Of a stretch of 64,000 nucleotides of DNA, positions 48,811 to 57,636 are shown in pieces. Source of the DNA: a virus (Duplodnaviria; Heunggongvirae; Uroviricota; Caudoviricetes); the IMG/VR virus record IMGVR_UViG_3300014631_000001, positions 19,662 to 83,661 of that record; one strand, given 5' to 3'. The notes under the pieces were generated by a model. It worked only from the letters and a program-made list of their open reading frames with translations. It was not told where the DNA came from and ran no database searches. Made by a program: the position numbers and the translations under genes. Position 1 is the first letter of the stretch. Every line of letters starts with the position of its first letter.

Positions 48811-49227
48811 ATGGCCAGGGGAATGATTGTTTTTTGTGAGATCGACAGTGTGTTGGCTGAGGTTAACCATCGCAGCTCATTGTCGGCCGAAGACGATCGC
48901 CTGGTAATGGGCGATGGTCTTGTCTTCCCCACTAGCCGAATGCTCCGGGGCTTCATGCGCTCCGGGGCAGAAATTGCTCTGGTCTCTAATCGCTCAGCCA
49001 AGTTGATTGAGGCCACTAAGCAATGGCTAAAAGGGGCTGGCATTGATTATGACTGGCTTTACTTCGGCGGAATGACGCCAAAGTACGGAGCATATTTAAA
49101 AAAGACTTTGCAGGAGCATCGGGCAGATCGACTGATTGCAGCGGTAGGTGCCAGCCAAGAGTTTGTCAGTGTGATGGCAAGCCACCCAAACCGCCCTGTT
49201 TGTTATGTCGTCCGAAAGGGAGAGTAG
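48811..49227 (+). CDS. hypothetical protein
   Basis: About 138 aa. Weak HAD-like IDSV, not convincing. Confidence 0.4.
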   Translation: MARGMIVFCEIDSVLAEVNHRSSLSAEDDRLVMGDGLVFPTSRMLRGFMRSGAEIALVSNRSAKLIEATKQWLKGAGIDYDWLYFGGMTPKYGAYLKKTLQEHRADRLIAAVGASQEFVSVMASHPNRPVCYVVRKGE

Positions 49228-49232
49228 TGACC

Positions 49233-49736
49233 ATGTTTATGATTGCTGCGGTGGCCAAGAACGGTGCCATCGGCAAAGGGAATCTGCTGCCATGGCGCAG
49301 CAAAGAAGATCTGCAAATTTTCAAGCGCATGACGACCGGTAAGATTGTTGTTATGGGGCGTAAAACAGCAGAAAGCCTGGGTAAACCACTGCCTGACCGT
49401 GTGAACGTTGTTATCAGCCGTGATGCAGCTCGTGTGCCGGCTGGATTCGCCCATCTTAGAGGTATGTCAGATGTGGCTAAGTTGTCGGTCTATTCGAACT
49501 GCGAGGTGGCTATCATTGGGGGCGCTGAGATTTATCGTCTCGCCCTGCCATACGCTCATCGCGTTTACCTCACTCACCTTGATATTGAAGTGCCAGACGC
49601 AGATACCTTTTTCCCAATGGAAGAAATGGCCGCCGCAAATCTGATTTCGCTTGAGACGTTAGTGGTTCAAAAGGAAACGGAAACAACGCCAGCCTTTAAA
49701 CAAGTTGTTTATGGAGATAAGGAATGGATCGCATAG
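49233..49736 (+). CDS. frd: dihydrofolate reductase
   Basis: MIAAVAKNGAIGKGNLLPW...DL..FK..T.GK.VVMGRKT.ES.G.PLP.R.N.VISR classic DHFR. Confidence 0.85.
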   Translation: MFMIAAVAKNGAIGKGNLLPWRSKEDLQIFKRMTTGKIVVMGRKTAESLGKPLPDRVNVVISRDAARVPAGFAHLRGMSDVAKLSVYSNCEVAIIGGAEIYRLALPYAHRVYLTHLDIEVPDADTFFPMEEMAAANLISLETLVVQKETETTPAFKQVVYGDKEWIA

Positions 49737-50359
49737 GATTAGCTGGCGCCCAAGGCACGGGTAAAACGACTCTGGCGAAGTGTCTCGCTCTTAAATATGG
49801 TTATGAGTTTGTTGATGCTGGTGTCGGCGCGCTGATGACGAAGCTGGGCGTGGAGGTAGGCCAAGAAATGCCTCTGTTTGAACGACTGCAGGTGCAGCTG
49901 GCCGTTGCAAACCATATTGCTGATAAGTCCCATGGCTCAGGCAGCTTTGTTATGGACAGAACGCCAATCGATGTTATGGCTTACACCATCGACCTCTTTA
50001 ACCCGGTGAATGATGATCGCTGTGTATCGGTATTCGAAGAGATTCAGCGAGTGTGCTCCCAGACTGCCCTGACAAACTACAACGTGATTGTAGGGCTGCG
50101 CCCGGGGATCGAGCTTTCCCAAGAAGACAAGGAGCGCGGCCAACGAGGATCACTCGACCCTCTGTATGTTCGCAGAATTGATGCGCTGGTATGTGGAGAG
50201 TTGAACGATCTGAACCTGTTTAAGAGCAAGCGAAACCTGACAGTCGGCTTTTTCCCGCCAACTTTAACGGATCTGGATGCGCGTATTAGATCTTTTAGTC
50301 AGTACATCAGAAATTCCGCAGAAACGCACAAACGGCCAGTCGATAGCGCCTTGCACTAA
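49724..50359 (+). CDS. P-loop kinase (possible deoxynucleotide or nucleoside kinase)
   Basis: Walker A GAQGTGKTT. A DRTP motif resembles deoxynucleoside/dNMP kinases. Confidence 0.45.
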   Translation: MDRIGLAGAQGTGKTTLAKCLALKYGYEFVDAGVGALMTKLGVEVGQEMPLFERLQVQLAVANHIADKSHGSGSFVMDRTPIDVMAYTIDLFNPVNDDRCVSVFEEIQRVCSQTALTNYNVIVGLRPGIELSQEDKERGQRGSLDPLYVRRIDALVCGELNDLNLFKSKRNLTVGFFPPTLTDLDARIRSFSQYIRNSAETHKRPVDSALH

Positions 50360-50420
50360 ATGTTGAACCCCTCTCGTGGTGCGCAACAATATGCGCACCA
50401 CATGATTACGGAATACAAGC

Positions 50421-50840
50421 ATGACCACCGACCTTCTCTTGCAGGATGAAATCGATCGAAAGACGGTCGAAGCACTCGAAAGAGTGGTGACCGCATTTGA
50501 GTCAAAACTTCTTACTGCGCGCGAGGCGAGAGTTGCCATCCGCGCAGTGTTTGAGAGTGTCCAGGGGCTGCTGACTGAATCGATCAGCGAAATACTAAAT
50601 CAGGTGATGACTCAGTTTGCTAACGAGCCAGGCAAGCCCATTTTCCCCATGCACCTGGCGATGCCAGGCGGCAACACTATTTTCATCAGCGTTGACCTCG
50701 ACGACAAAACGATGCGTGTTCTAAACGTCACTACCGCTGCTGAACTGGCCAAGGTTGTATGTGACACGCAGACCGAGACAATCAGAAAGGCAGCTGCGTT
50801 TGCTAAAAACGCCATTGTCAAAGGAGCTAAAAAACTATGA
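50421..50840 (+). CDS. hypothetical protein
   Basis: 139 aa ORF. Confidence 0.45.
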   Translation: MTTDLLLQDEIDRKTVEALERVVTAFESKLLTAREARVAIRAVFESVQGLLTESISEILNQVMTQFANEPGKPIFPMHLAMPGGNTIFISVDLDDKTMRVLNVTTAAELAKVVCDTQTETIRKAAAFAKNAIVKGAKKL

Positions 50841-51379
50841 TCGCAACCGGGCTGGACATTGAATCAACCGGGCTGGACTTTCGCGGTGGCCATCGAGTGA
50901 TCGAGATCGCCCTATCTTCCTACAACATCATCACCAAAGAAAAGATAGCAAGCCTGGAGATGCGCTTTAACCCGCGGCGAACCATCCAACCAGAAGCGCA
51001 AAAAGTGCATGGTATCTCATTAGAGATGCTGGCCACCGCCCCATTGTTCGAAGACAAGGCGCCTGAGCTTATCGCAATGCTGGAAGCCAGTGATTTTTAC
51101 ATTGCGCACAATGGCGAAGGCTTTGATGGCCCGTTCCTGCAACATGAGTTCAATCACTCTGGTCATACTATGCCAGACAAGCCAATGTTTGACACAATGT
51201 TAGAGGGGCTATGGGCGACAGAGGACGGAAAGCGCCCTCGTCTGGAAGAGTTGGCATTTGCGCTGGGGCTGGTTTACGACAATGAAAGAGCGCATAGCGC
51301 TCTTTACGATGTGGATCTGATGATGGAATGCTTCTTCCTTGCGCGCGAGAAATACGGCTTATTCCAACTACCTTTCTAA
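50837..51379 (+). CDS. DnaQ-like 3'-5' exonuclease (DEDDh)
   Basis: Exo I LDIESTG, Exo II HNGEGFDGPFL, Exo III HSALYDVD. Confidence 0.8.
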   Translation: MIATGLDIESTGLDFRGGHRVIEIALSSYNIITKEKIASLEMRFNPRRTIQPEAQKVHGISLEMLATAPLFEDKAPELIAMLEASDFYIAHNGEGFDGPFLQHEFNHSGHTMPDKPMFDTMLEGLWATEDGKRPRLEELAFALGLVYDNERAHSALYDVDLMMECFFLAREKYGLFQLPF

Positions 51380-51406
51380 GCTTGCATAATGGCCGCGCTA
51401 AGCGGC

Positions 51407-51790
51407 CTATTTACATGGGTAAACAGTAATAAAAGCTTTGAGAGCTGCCGCTTCCAGTGGGCTATCTCCCATAGTTTTAATTACACGTTGACCTTCTTCC
51501 CCCTTAAGGTAACTTTGCAACGTCAACTCCAGCATATCGCCATTGACAATCAAACTACCCGGCGTACAAAAAAGTGGTTTTTGATTAATGACATCTGAAA
51601 ATGCATTTGAAGTATTAAAACCATTGGCGACACCATTTAGGTATACCTTGTAAACTTGCACACTGCTATTTGTTACGCCTTTTGACACAGTTTCATGATA
51701 TTTAAGATAATCACTGACTGAGATTGCTGAAGATGAAATTGCAGGGAAGAAACAAAGGCCTGCAACCAAAAGAAATATTGTTTTTTTCAT
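51407..51790 (-). CDS. secreted hypothetical protein, AT-rich accessory gene
   Basis: Signal peptide MKKTIFLLVAGLCFFPAISSSA. Minus strand inside a + strand block. Confidence 0.5.
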   Translation of the reverse strand: MKKTIFLLVAGLCFFPAISSSAISVSDYLKYHETVSKGVTNSSVQVYKVYLNGVANGFNTSNAFSDVINQKPLFCTPGSLIVNGDMLELTLQSYLKGEEGQRVIKTMGDSPLEAAALKAFITVYPCK

Positions 51791-51954
51791 ACTTAAATCA
51801 AATTTTATAGAGAGGGTGACAACTATGTTAAACCAACCTATGACGGTTTCAAAATATTTCTCAGCCTAATTAAAATGCTTTTTCCCCGAATGCACTTTGA
51901 CACAATAGCTTTCACTAAGAAGCACCATATATAAAACAACGAAAGGAAAAGCAC

Positions 51955-52758
51955 ATGTCCAACGCAGCCCAAACAAACGTTTCTGACCTCGATGCTCTGT
52001 CTGCGATCTTGGCATCCCTTGATGAAACCCCAGCTGCCGCTGACACTCAGATGAAAGGCATCGATTCTCTGCTTGATGAGCTGGAAACGAACGCAGCTGC
52101 GGCCGCCACCTCTACACCAGAGAGCATCGTGGCAAAGATAGAAAACGAATTACCGGTTACGCCAGCTGCTGCTTCAGGTGATATGGAGCAGGTGATCATT
52201 GATTTAGAAGAGTCGAACACGGCCACACCGCCAGAGAAATCATCGGAGATTTTGGCCGGTGGCGAAGAGAGTATTCTCCCGGTGATTGAAGAATCGGCCG
52301 AACCGGAAGTTCAGGAGGAAAAGCAACCTGAACCTAAACCTAAAAAAGCCAGCATACCTCGTGGCGCTCGATTCACCTTTGACGGTAAAGACGATGCCTT
52401 CTTTGAGAAAGCTGGCCTGCAGCGCGAGGATTTCATGAAGTGCTACAACGAGGCTCCAGTGAAGGCAATGGACAAAATCCAAAACATTATGCACTGGTTC
52501 AGTGGTGGCCCGGATCTGAGCGTGTATAGCCGTATTTCATTACACTCACTGATCACTGACAAAACGGCCAGCAGTAATAGCCTCAAGCTGGCTATGATGA
52601 GCTATCCAGAGAAACCCTATCCAGTTGGCACTGCCTCCACTCAGGCTGGCCAAATGATGGCAGTATTTCCGGCGCTGGGTATCGCTGCGAAGGATGGGAA
52701 ATCGCTAACCCTTAATGCTGATTCTCCGATCGTCAAAAAATTTATGGCGGAAGAGTAA
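51955..52758 (+). CDS. acidic hypothetical protein
   Basis: 267 aa with the conserved start motif. Confidence 0.55.
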   Translation: MSNAAQTNVSDLDALSAILASLDETPAAADTQMKGIDSLLDELETNAAAAATSTPESIVAKIENELPVTPAAASGDMEQVIIDLEESNTATPPEKSSEILAGGEESILPVIEESAEPEVQEEKQPEPKPKKASIPRGARFTFDGKDDAFFEKAGLQREDFMKCYNEAPVKAMDKIQNIMHWFSGGPDLSVYSRISLHSLITDKTASSNSLKLAMMSYPEKPYPVGTASTQAGQMMAVFPALGIAAKDGKSLTLNADSPIVKKFMAEE

Positions 52759-52920
52759 AGACCATTAAATTACGCCCACGGGAAGGACGCTGTGGGCTTA
52801 ACTCAAATAAACAACACAAACCCATTCACTTCGCGAGAAACGCTTCTCTCGCGCTTCCCTGAACGTTTTTTTCATGGTCATATACACAAACAAAAACAAT
52901 GCCACTCTGGGGTAGAGGGA

Positions 52921-53316
52921 ATGACAGCAGTAACCACTGAGAAAGAACTCGCAGAAGCGATAAAATCCAACCAATCCACTATTACCATCACCGGTGATCT
53001 GTCTAAGAAAACCTTAAAAATCCACGCGACAGGCTCAGTTGCATGGGCGGTCGTAGCCGCCAGTTTAATCGTGGCAGCTGGCGCAGCATTTATAACCATG
53101 GGGTCTGGTGGAACCGCGACCCCGGTTGCAGCCCCCACCGCTGCATTGGCTGGTGCTGGTGCAACGTCGGTACTGGGTATTGGTGCTACCACATCAGCCA
53201 TCAGTGTAATCTTGGCCTCTGGCGGCGTTGCTGCTGGGATGAAAACTCTTAAGTCCCTTCGTAAATACAAAGTCGTCGAAAAATCAGAAGGTAAGCTGGT
53301 CTTGAACCGTAGATGA
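52921..53316 (+). CDS. Gly/Ala-rich membrane protein, hypothetical
   Basis: Internal ATG after an RBS-like GAGGGAATG. Hydrophobic Gly/Ala-rich core. Confidence 0.4.
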   Translation: MTAVTTEKELAEAIKSNQSTITITGDLSKKTLKIHATGSVAWAVVAASLIVAAGAAFITMGSGGTATPVAAPTAALAGAGATSVLGIGATTSAISVILASGGVAAGMKTLKSLRKYKVVEKSEGKLVLNRR

Positions 53317-53373
53317 CGTGGGGGCGCTTTGCGCCCTTATTGCATTGCTAATGGAAAAGGAATTTGCGATCAT

Positions 53374-53394
53374 ATAGGTAGTTAACTACCTATT
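53374..53394. promoter_or_regulatory. operator-like palindrome ATAGGTAGTTAACTACCTATT upstream of the Dam-type methyltransferase gene
   Basis: Perfect 9+9 palindrome around AA|TT. Confidence 0.5.
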
Positions 53395-53404
53395 GAGGGT
53401 TATT

Positions 53405-54019
53405 ATGATTGCCGCAGAGAAGATTAAAAAGCGCGAGCGTGACAAAGAGCTGCGCGACCTGTGGCGCACTCCACGGTGGCTATTTGAGGCCATTCAGAAA
53501 TATCTGGGCATACAGTTTGACGTTGACGTGGCTTGTGATGCCGGCAATGCGCTTCTGCCTAATTTTATCGGCAAGGAAAAAGACGCGCTTGTTTGTGATT
53601 GGGGTGAACCTGGCACGAATGCTTTTCTCAATCCGCCTTACTCCAAGATTAGACCCTGGATAGAGGCTGCTATGCGTGAGCAGCGTCGCGGCGTATCGAC
53701 AGTAATGCTGATCCCCCAATCACTTGATACCGCCTGGTATGAGTTCGCCACTGAATCAGCCAATGAGACGGTGGTGCTGACCGGTGGGCGTGTGGCCTTT
53801 CTTGAACCAGATGTGGAGCTGGGGCTGGTTGAAGTACGTGAAAACCCTGGTGGAAGTATGCTGGTGGTCTTCCGCGGCCACTGCGATCAGGCTGGGCATA
53901 TTCTTCGCAAGGTATCACTGCCAGTCATGAAAGAGCTGGGTGGTTACGATCCTTCAAAAGCAATCAGGAAAAAGCGCCCCTCCAAGAAGAAACAGCCCAC
54001 TCTGGAACTGGCAGCTTAG
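53405..54019 (+). CDS. phage Dam-type DNA N6-adenine methyltransferase
   Basis: WRTPRWLFEAIQ...DVDVACDAGNA...NPPY, recalled as the phage Dam_MT family signature. ATG at 53405. The ORF-track 53393 start is TTG. Confidence 0.75.
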   Translation: MIAAEKIKKRERDKELRDLWRTPRWLFEAIQKYLGIQFDVDVACDAGNALLPNFIGKEKDALVCDWGEPGTNAFLNPPYSKIRPWIEAAMREQRRGVSTVMLIPQSLDTAWYEFATESANETVVLTGGRVAFLEPDVELGLVEVRENPGGSMLVVFRGHCDQAGHILRKVSLPVMKELGGYDPSKAIRKKRPSKKKQPTLELAA

Positions 54020-54206
54020 CACCAGTGCACCAGTACAAACTCAATTTATCCAACCTGCTTCCGTATATTTAAATACTGGTTAGTTATTTATTTATAGAGA
54101 AGCAGGTCGTAATCAGCCCACCAGCCCTTATCATACCTGGGATTGTTGGTAGATCCCCTTCCCAGAAAAATTATGATCGCTGGACATCAATCAGAAGGAA
54201 TTACAC

Positions 54207-54440
54207 ATGGCACACCATACCAACGTAGTGGCACTGATCGACACTGATTTTCTCGCCAATGCACGCCAGCTACTCAAAAGCCGCGATCAGTCTTTCACGC
54301 TTTATGAGTGGGCACTAAAATCGATTCGCGGTGGACAGCATACGAATGAAGTTGAGCAGCTTATCGGCGAATTAATCAACGAAGTTCATGGGTTGAGTGT
54401 TCAACTCCACGGCCGCGCTGAGCAGAAAGCCACCGTTTAA
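54207..54440 (+). CDS. small hypothetical protein
   Basis: 77 aa. Confidence 0.4.
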   Translation: MAHHTNVVALIDTDFLANARQLLKSRDQSFTLYEWALKSIRGGQHTNEVEQLIGELINEVHGLSVQLHGRAEQKATV

Positions 54441-54479
54441 AATAGTCACGTATTTAAATAGTCATTTGGCTATTTACCC

Positions 54480-54930
54480 TCGAATCTGCCGGTGCTAACA
54501 TCCCGCCGTCATTTTTTAAAATGGCTCGGCAGATGGGTGGAGGATTATGGCGCTGGCGTCTGCTTAAAGGAACCTGTTACCAGCGATCGAACCGGGACGC
54601 GAAAGCCGCTCGGGGAGAGGGAGAATCAAAGCAGGAGAGAAAAGGAGTCACTGTAGGTTGTCGAAACCAGACGAGTTCCAAGAGGTTGGTGTCTGGTGTT
54701 CCCCTCCTACAGTGAGGAAGGATCTCGATTCTGGGGTATTGCTGCCCACAACCTTCCTAACCGGGACTGGCATTAGATCTCGGTCATAGTTTCTGGCTAT
54801 GATTTGCTCAGGTTAGCGTGGGATTTTCAACCCTGCTTCCCTGGGTGAATTATATCCAGAACACACAACCTCTCACTGCGTTCGAGGGAAACCTCACATT
54901 CGTTCGGTTTCTCACTTCTAAACCCATTCT
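54480..54930 (+). ncRNA. candidate structured non-coding RNA or regulatory region, family unknown
   Basis: About 490 bp with no convincing ORF. 10-bp stem TCACTGTAGG/CCTACAGTGA (54648-54715) enclosing a CCAGAC/GTCTGG stem. 8-bp stem ATCTGCCG/CGGCAGAT (54484-54534). GCGAAAGC GNRA hairpin. Direct repeat GGATCTCG x2. Confidence 0.25.
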
Positions 54931-55046
54931 GGGTATTGTATATATTTTTCAATTATTTACTTGTTTCGCGCGAGAAATTTCCGAATTTCCTTGATCTGTG
55001 CCATTTATCATATATGATTTGGTTAATGGAAATTATGGGGTGTTGC

Positions 55047-55637
55047 ATGAAAAAGTTAGATATTAGTGATCACATTTACACCAGGCTGGCTAAACACGCA
55101 GTCGGCTTTGAAACCCCTGAAAGCGTAATCGAACGACTGCTAGATGCTTATGAAATTATTCCAGGGCAGAAGCCGAAATTGACCTTCATACCTGAAAACG
55201 AAGAAGAATTTAAAGCAAGACTAGTTGAGTCTCGTCATGCTTACGTCGAACTCAGAATGGAAGATGGCACGATTCAGGCCGGTGAATGGAGTGCTCATTC
55301 ATTCAAAGAAAGCTCGAACTTAAGAGCGAATATCTGGTCGGGTTATCTTCGGAACTGGTCGAAAAGGGGAATCGTTGCAGCAACTTTTGAGGTCGTAATG
55401 TCCCCAAACAGTGAAGACGAAATAGTACAATCCGCCGAATTCGAAAAGTATGTAATTAACCAACACGCAAGTGGCTCCATTTCCGTTAAGGTTAACGATA
55501 TGGATGCAAGACCAGTCAAACCAATGCTGAGGAAGATAGCTGAGGCACTCGATGTCAGCATCGTCAATTCAAACAACAATGATCTAAATACGCGCCAGCT
55601 TGGGGCATCCATTATCAAAGCTCTTACCCCCCTATGA
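55047..55637 (+). CDS. hypothetical protein, AT-rich accessory gene (possible ribbon-helix-helix N-terminus)
   Basis: ATG after GGGGTGTTGC. MKKLDISDHIYTRLAKHAV... Ends in the terminator CCCCCCTATGAGGGGG. Confidence 0.45.
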   Translation: MKKLDISDHIYTRLAKHAVGFETPESVIERLLDAYEIIPGQKPKLTFIPENEEEFKARLVESRHAYVELRMEDGTIQAGEWSAHSFKESSNLRANIWSGYLRNWSKRGIVAATFEVVMSPNSEDEIVQSAEFEKYVINQHASGSISVKVNDMDARPVKPMLRKIAEALDVSIVNSNNNDLNTRQLGASIIKALTPL

Positions 55638-55648
55638 GGGGGTTTTTA
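55626..55648 (+). terminator. terminator CCCCCCTATGAGGGGG + T5
   Basis: Seen in the sequence. Confidence 0.7.
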
Positions 55649-55810
55649 AACAATCAATTAATAAGTAGTTGACTACTTACATTCAAAATATTAAATTGAC
55701 CGCGTCAGGACGACGACGGCGCTGGTTTAGCGCTTGCTCCATGGACGGAGCGCAAACACGGCTGGGCGAACCCAGCCGTAACTCTCTGTGTCTCAAGAAG
55801 GGATTCGTTT

Positions 55811-56122
55811 GTGAATATGTTGTTGTCTTACGCAGACGTTTTGACCGGCATTAAAACCGGCGCCTCCTTCGCACGTCAGAAATGGCCTGCCGACACATCC
55901 ATACGACTCCGCACCGGGGTGATCAGCTCAAGCGAATACCAGAAAACTGAAGGCAAAGTGTTCTTCGGCCTTCCGCTCAACCTTTTTGAAGTCCACCAGC
56001 CAGACGGTTACACCGTATTTCCTGGTTTAGAGATGGTTCTTCCAAATGGCAAGGTGGTTGATTACCTGGCTTCGATGATTGACCAGCTCGCCTGCGATTG
56101 GAAACGAGTGGAAACTAAATGA
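55811..56122 (+). CDS. DUF2829-like small protein (paralog of 13120..13662 C-terminal domain)
   Basis: GASFARQKWPADTSIRL parallels GDRVARKGWNGKDMYL. Confidence 0.4.
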   Translation: MNMLLSYADVLTGIKTGASFARQKWPADTSIRLRTGVISSSEYQKTEGKVFFGLPLNLFEVHQPDGYTVFPGLEMVLPNGKVVDYLASMIDQLACDWKRVETK

Positions 56123-56637
56123 TCAGCTATTTTTTCTTCAAGCGCGGCTTCGAGCGCCAGCTTCGGCAGATGGAAATCCGCATCCGTGAACTTGAGTCAC
56201 GTTGCGATCGCCTGTCCGATGCTTTGGTTACGTTCGGCACCGCAGCCGGTGTAAAGCATGTCGAGAAGCAACGTGGCCGTTCTGAAGTGGAGTTGTGGGG
56301 GTTGTCCGATCCGCCAGTTTTTCTAGGGAAGGAAAAATCTCATGCAGCAGTACCAGCTTCAACGACTTCGGCGCGCAGCGCAGCCCCTGTTAGTGATGTT
56401 AACCATGTGCCTTTTGTGTACATCGATAACGACGATGTTCCAGCTCGCGCCAGCGTCTCTCAGAGTGCCAGCAGTTCGCACCATAGCAGCCCCGCAAGCA
56501 GTTGCTCCGTCAGCAGCAGTTCCAGCCACACCAGCCACCATTCTTCCCACGGGAGCCATAGTGGATTCGACCATGGCGGTGGAAGCTATGACTCAGGCAG
56601 TTCCTTCGATTCAGGTGGATCGTTCAGCTGCGATTAA
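56119..56637 (+). CDS. hypothetical protein with Ser/His-rich low-complexity C-terminus
   Basis: 172 aa. The C-terminal 70 aa are about 40% Ser with HHSS repeats. Confidence 0.4.
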   Translation: MISYFFFKRGFERQLRQMEIRIRELESRCDRLSDALVTFGTAAGVKHVEKQRGRSEVELWGLSDPPVFLGKEKSHAAVPASTTSARSAAPVSDVNHVPFVYIDNDDVPARASVSQSASSSHHSSPASSCSVSSSSSHTSHHSSHGSHSGFDHGGGSYDSGSSFDSGGSFSCD

Positions 56638-56911
56638 AGGAGATGCCTGATGTGGTTCAAAGGCTTAATGCTTTTTGGTTTTGTGGTGGTTGTTTCGTGG
56701 ATCACTAATCTCGTGAAGGTTTTCACGACGGACATCCCGGTTCCTCTCTGGGGCGGCAAGGAAATTGCCAGAATAATTGGCATTTTCATCCCGCCGCTGG
56801 GCGCAGTGCTCGGGTTCTTTTAACCCGTATCGTAGTGCTTTTACCCCTTTTTGGGCGCGCTACGATATGACCACTTAGAAAACAACTTGTTAAATAAACA
56901 AAGGAAAACAC

Positions 56912-57337
56912 ATGTTTGGTTTGCTGAAAAAGAAAACCCGTAAAGCAGTAATTGAAGTTAAAAAAATGGAGAACCGCGATGCGGTTGAAGCGACTGTCTG
57001 GGGTGGTTACTACATTTCATATTTTGATGGCGACTGCTCGCCTGCAGAAGTTGCTGTGCTTGAAAAGACTATGGCTGCTACCCCTTCATTTGCGCCGTTC
57101 GCTGGTGAGATCGCTCAGCTCAGCTCTAACGTGCGCCAGCAATTCGAAGCAAGCGCTCGCCGGGCAGCTGCCCAAGCTCTTCGTGAGTTAGAAGATATTG
57201 CAGGCACCACTGATGCTGTGGACGTTCTGTGCCTGTGTATCGACATTGCTGACAACGATGGCATTGGTGAAGACGAAATGAAAGCCCTGAAGAAGATTGC
57301 TCAGGCACTTCAGCTTTCACTCGATCCGTATATCTGA
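56912..57337 (+). CDS. hypothetical protein, possibly TerB-like
   Basis: DGDCSPAEVAVL and DNDGIGEDEMKAL resemble the paired acidic motifs of TerB-type domains. Tentative. Confidence 0.35.
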   Translation: MFGLLKKKTRKAVIEVKKMENRDAVEATVWGGYYISYFDGDCSPAEVAVLEKTMAATPSFAPFAGEIAQLSSNVRQQFEASARRAAAQALRELEDIAGTTDAVDVLCLCIDIADNDGIGEDEMKALKKIAQALQLSLDPYI

Positions 57338-57492
57338 TGATCCGCAACATTCGCCTCGGCGCAGCCGGATTGTTTGCACTGCTCGCGGTCATGGTGGATT
57401 TTGCCAGCCGGTTGATGTCAGTGCTCACCGATGGCGCATTGCTGGCGGTCGCAGTTGTCATTCTTCTACCGCTACTGAAAAAGCAGTAACCA

Positions 57493-57516
57493 AAGGCGTC
57501 TTCGGACGCCTTTTTA
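57493..57516 (+). terminator. terminator AAAGGCGTCTTCGGACGCCTTT + T-run
   Basis: Seen in the sequence. Same stem as at 28959. Confidence 0.75.
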
Positions 57517-57636
57517 TTCGCTTCACTCCCCTGCCCAAGCCGAACCAAATTGCTTAGTGGCCTTTTCCGATGGTGGCAATATACACCCATCGAGAAAACA
57601 AGTTGTTATCACAAATAAGAAAACAAGGAAAAGCAC

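Noticed and set aside
54540-54625. tRNA on the minus strand (GGTTCGATC T-loop-like motif)
   Set aside because: The flanking sequence does not form a 5-bp T-stem or a 7-bp acceptor stem. No cloverleaf could be built by eye.
54521-54715. 64-aa ORF inside the structured non-coding region
   Set aside because: No RBS. Arg/Gly-rich low-complexity product. Overlaps the strongest predicted stems.
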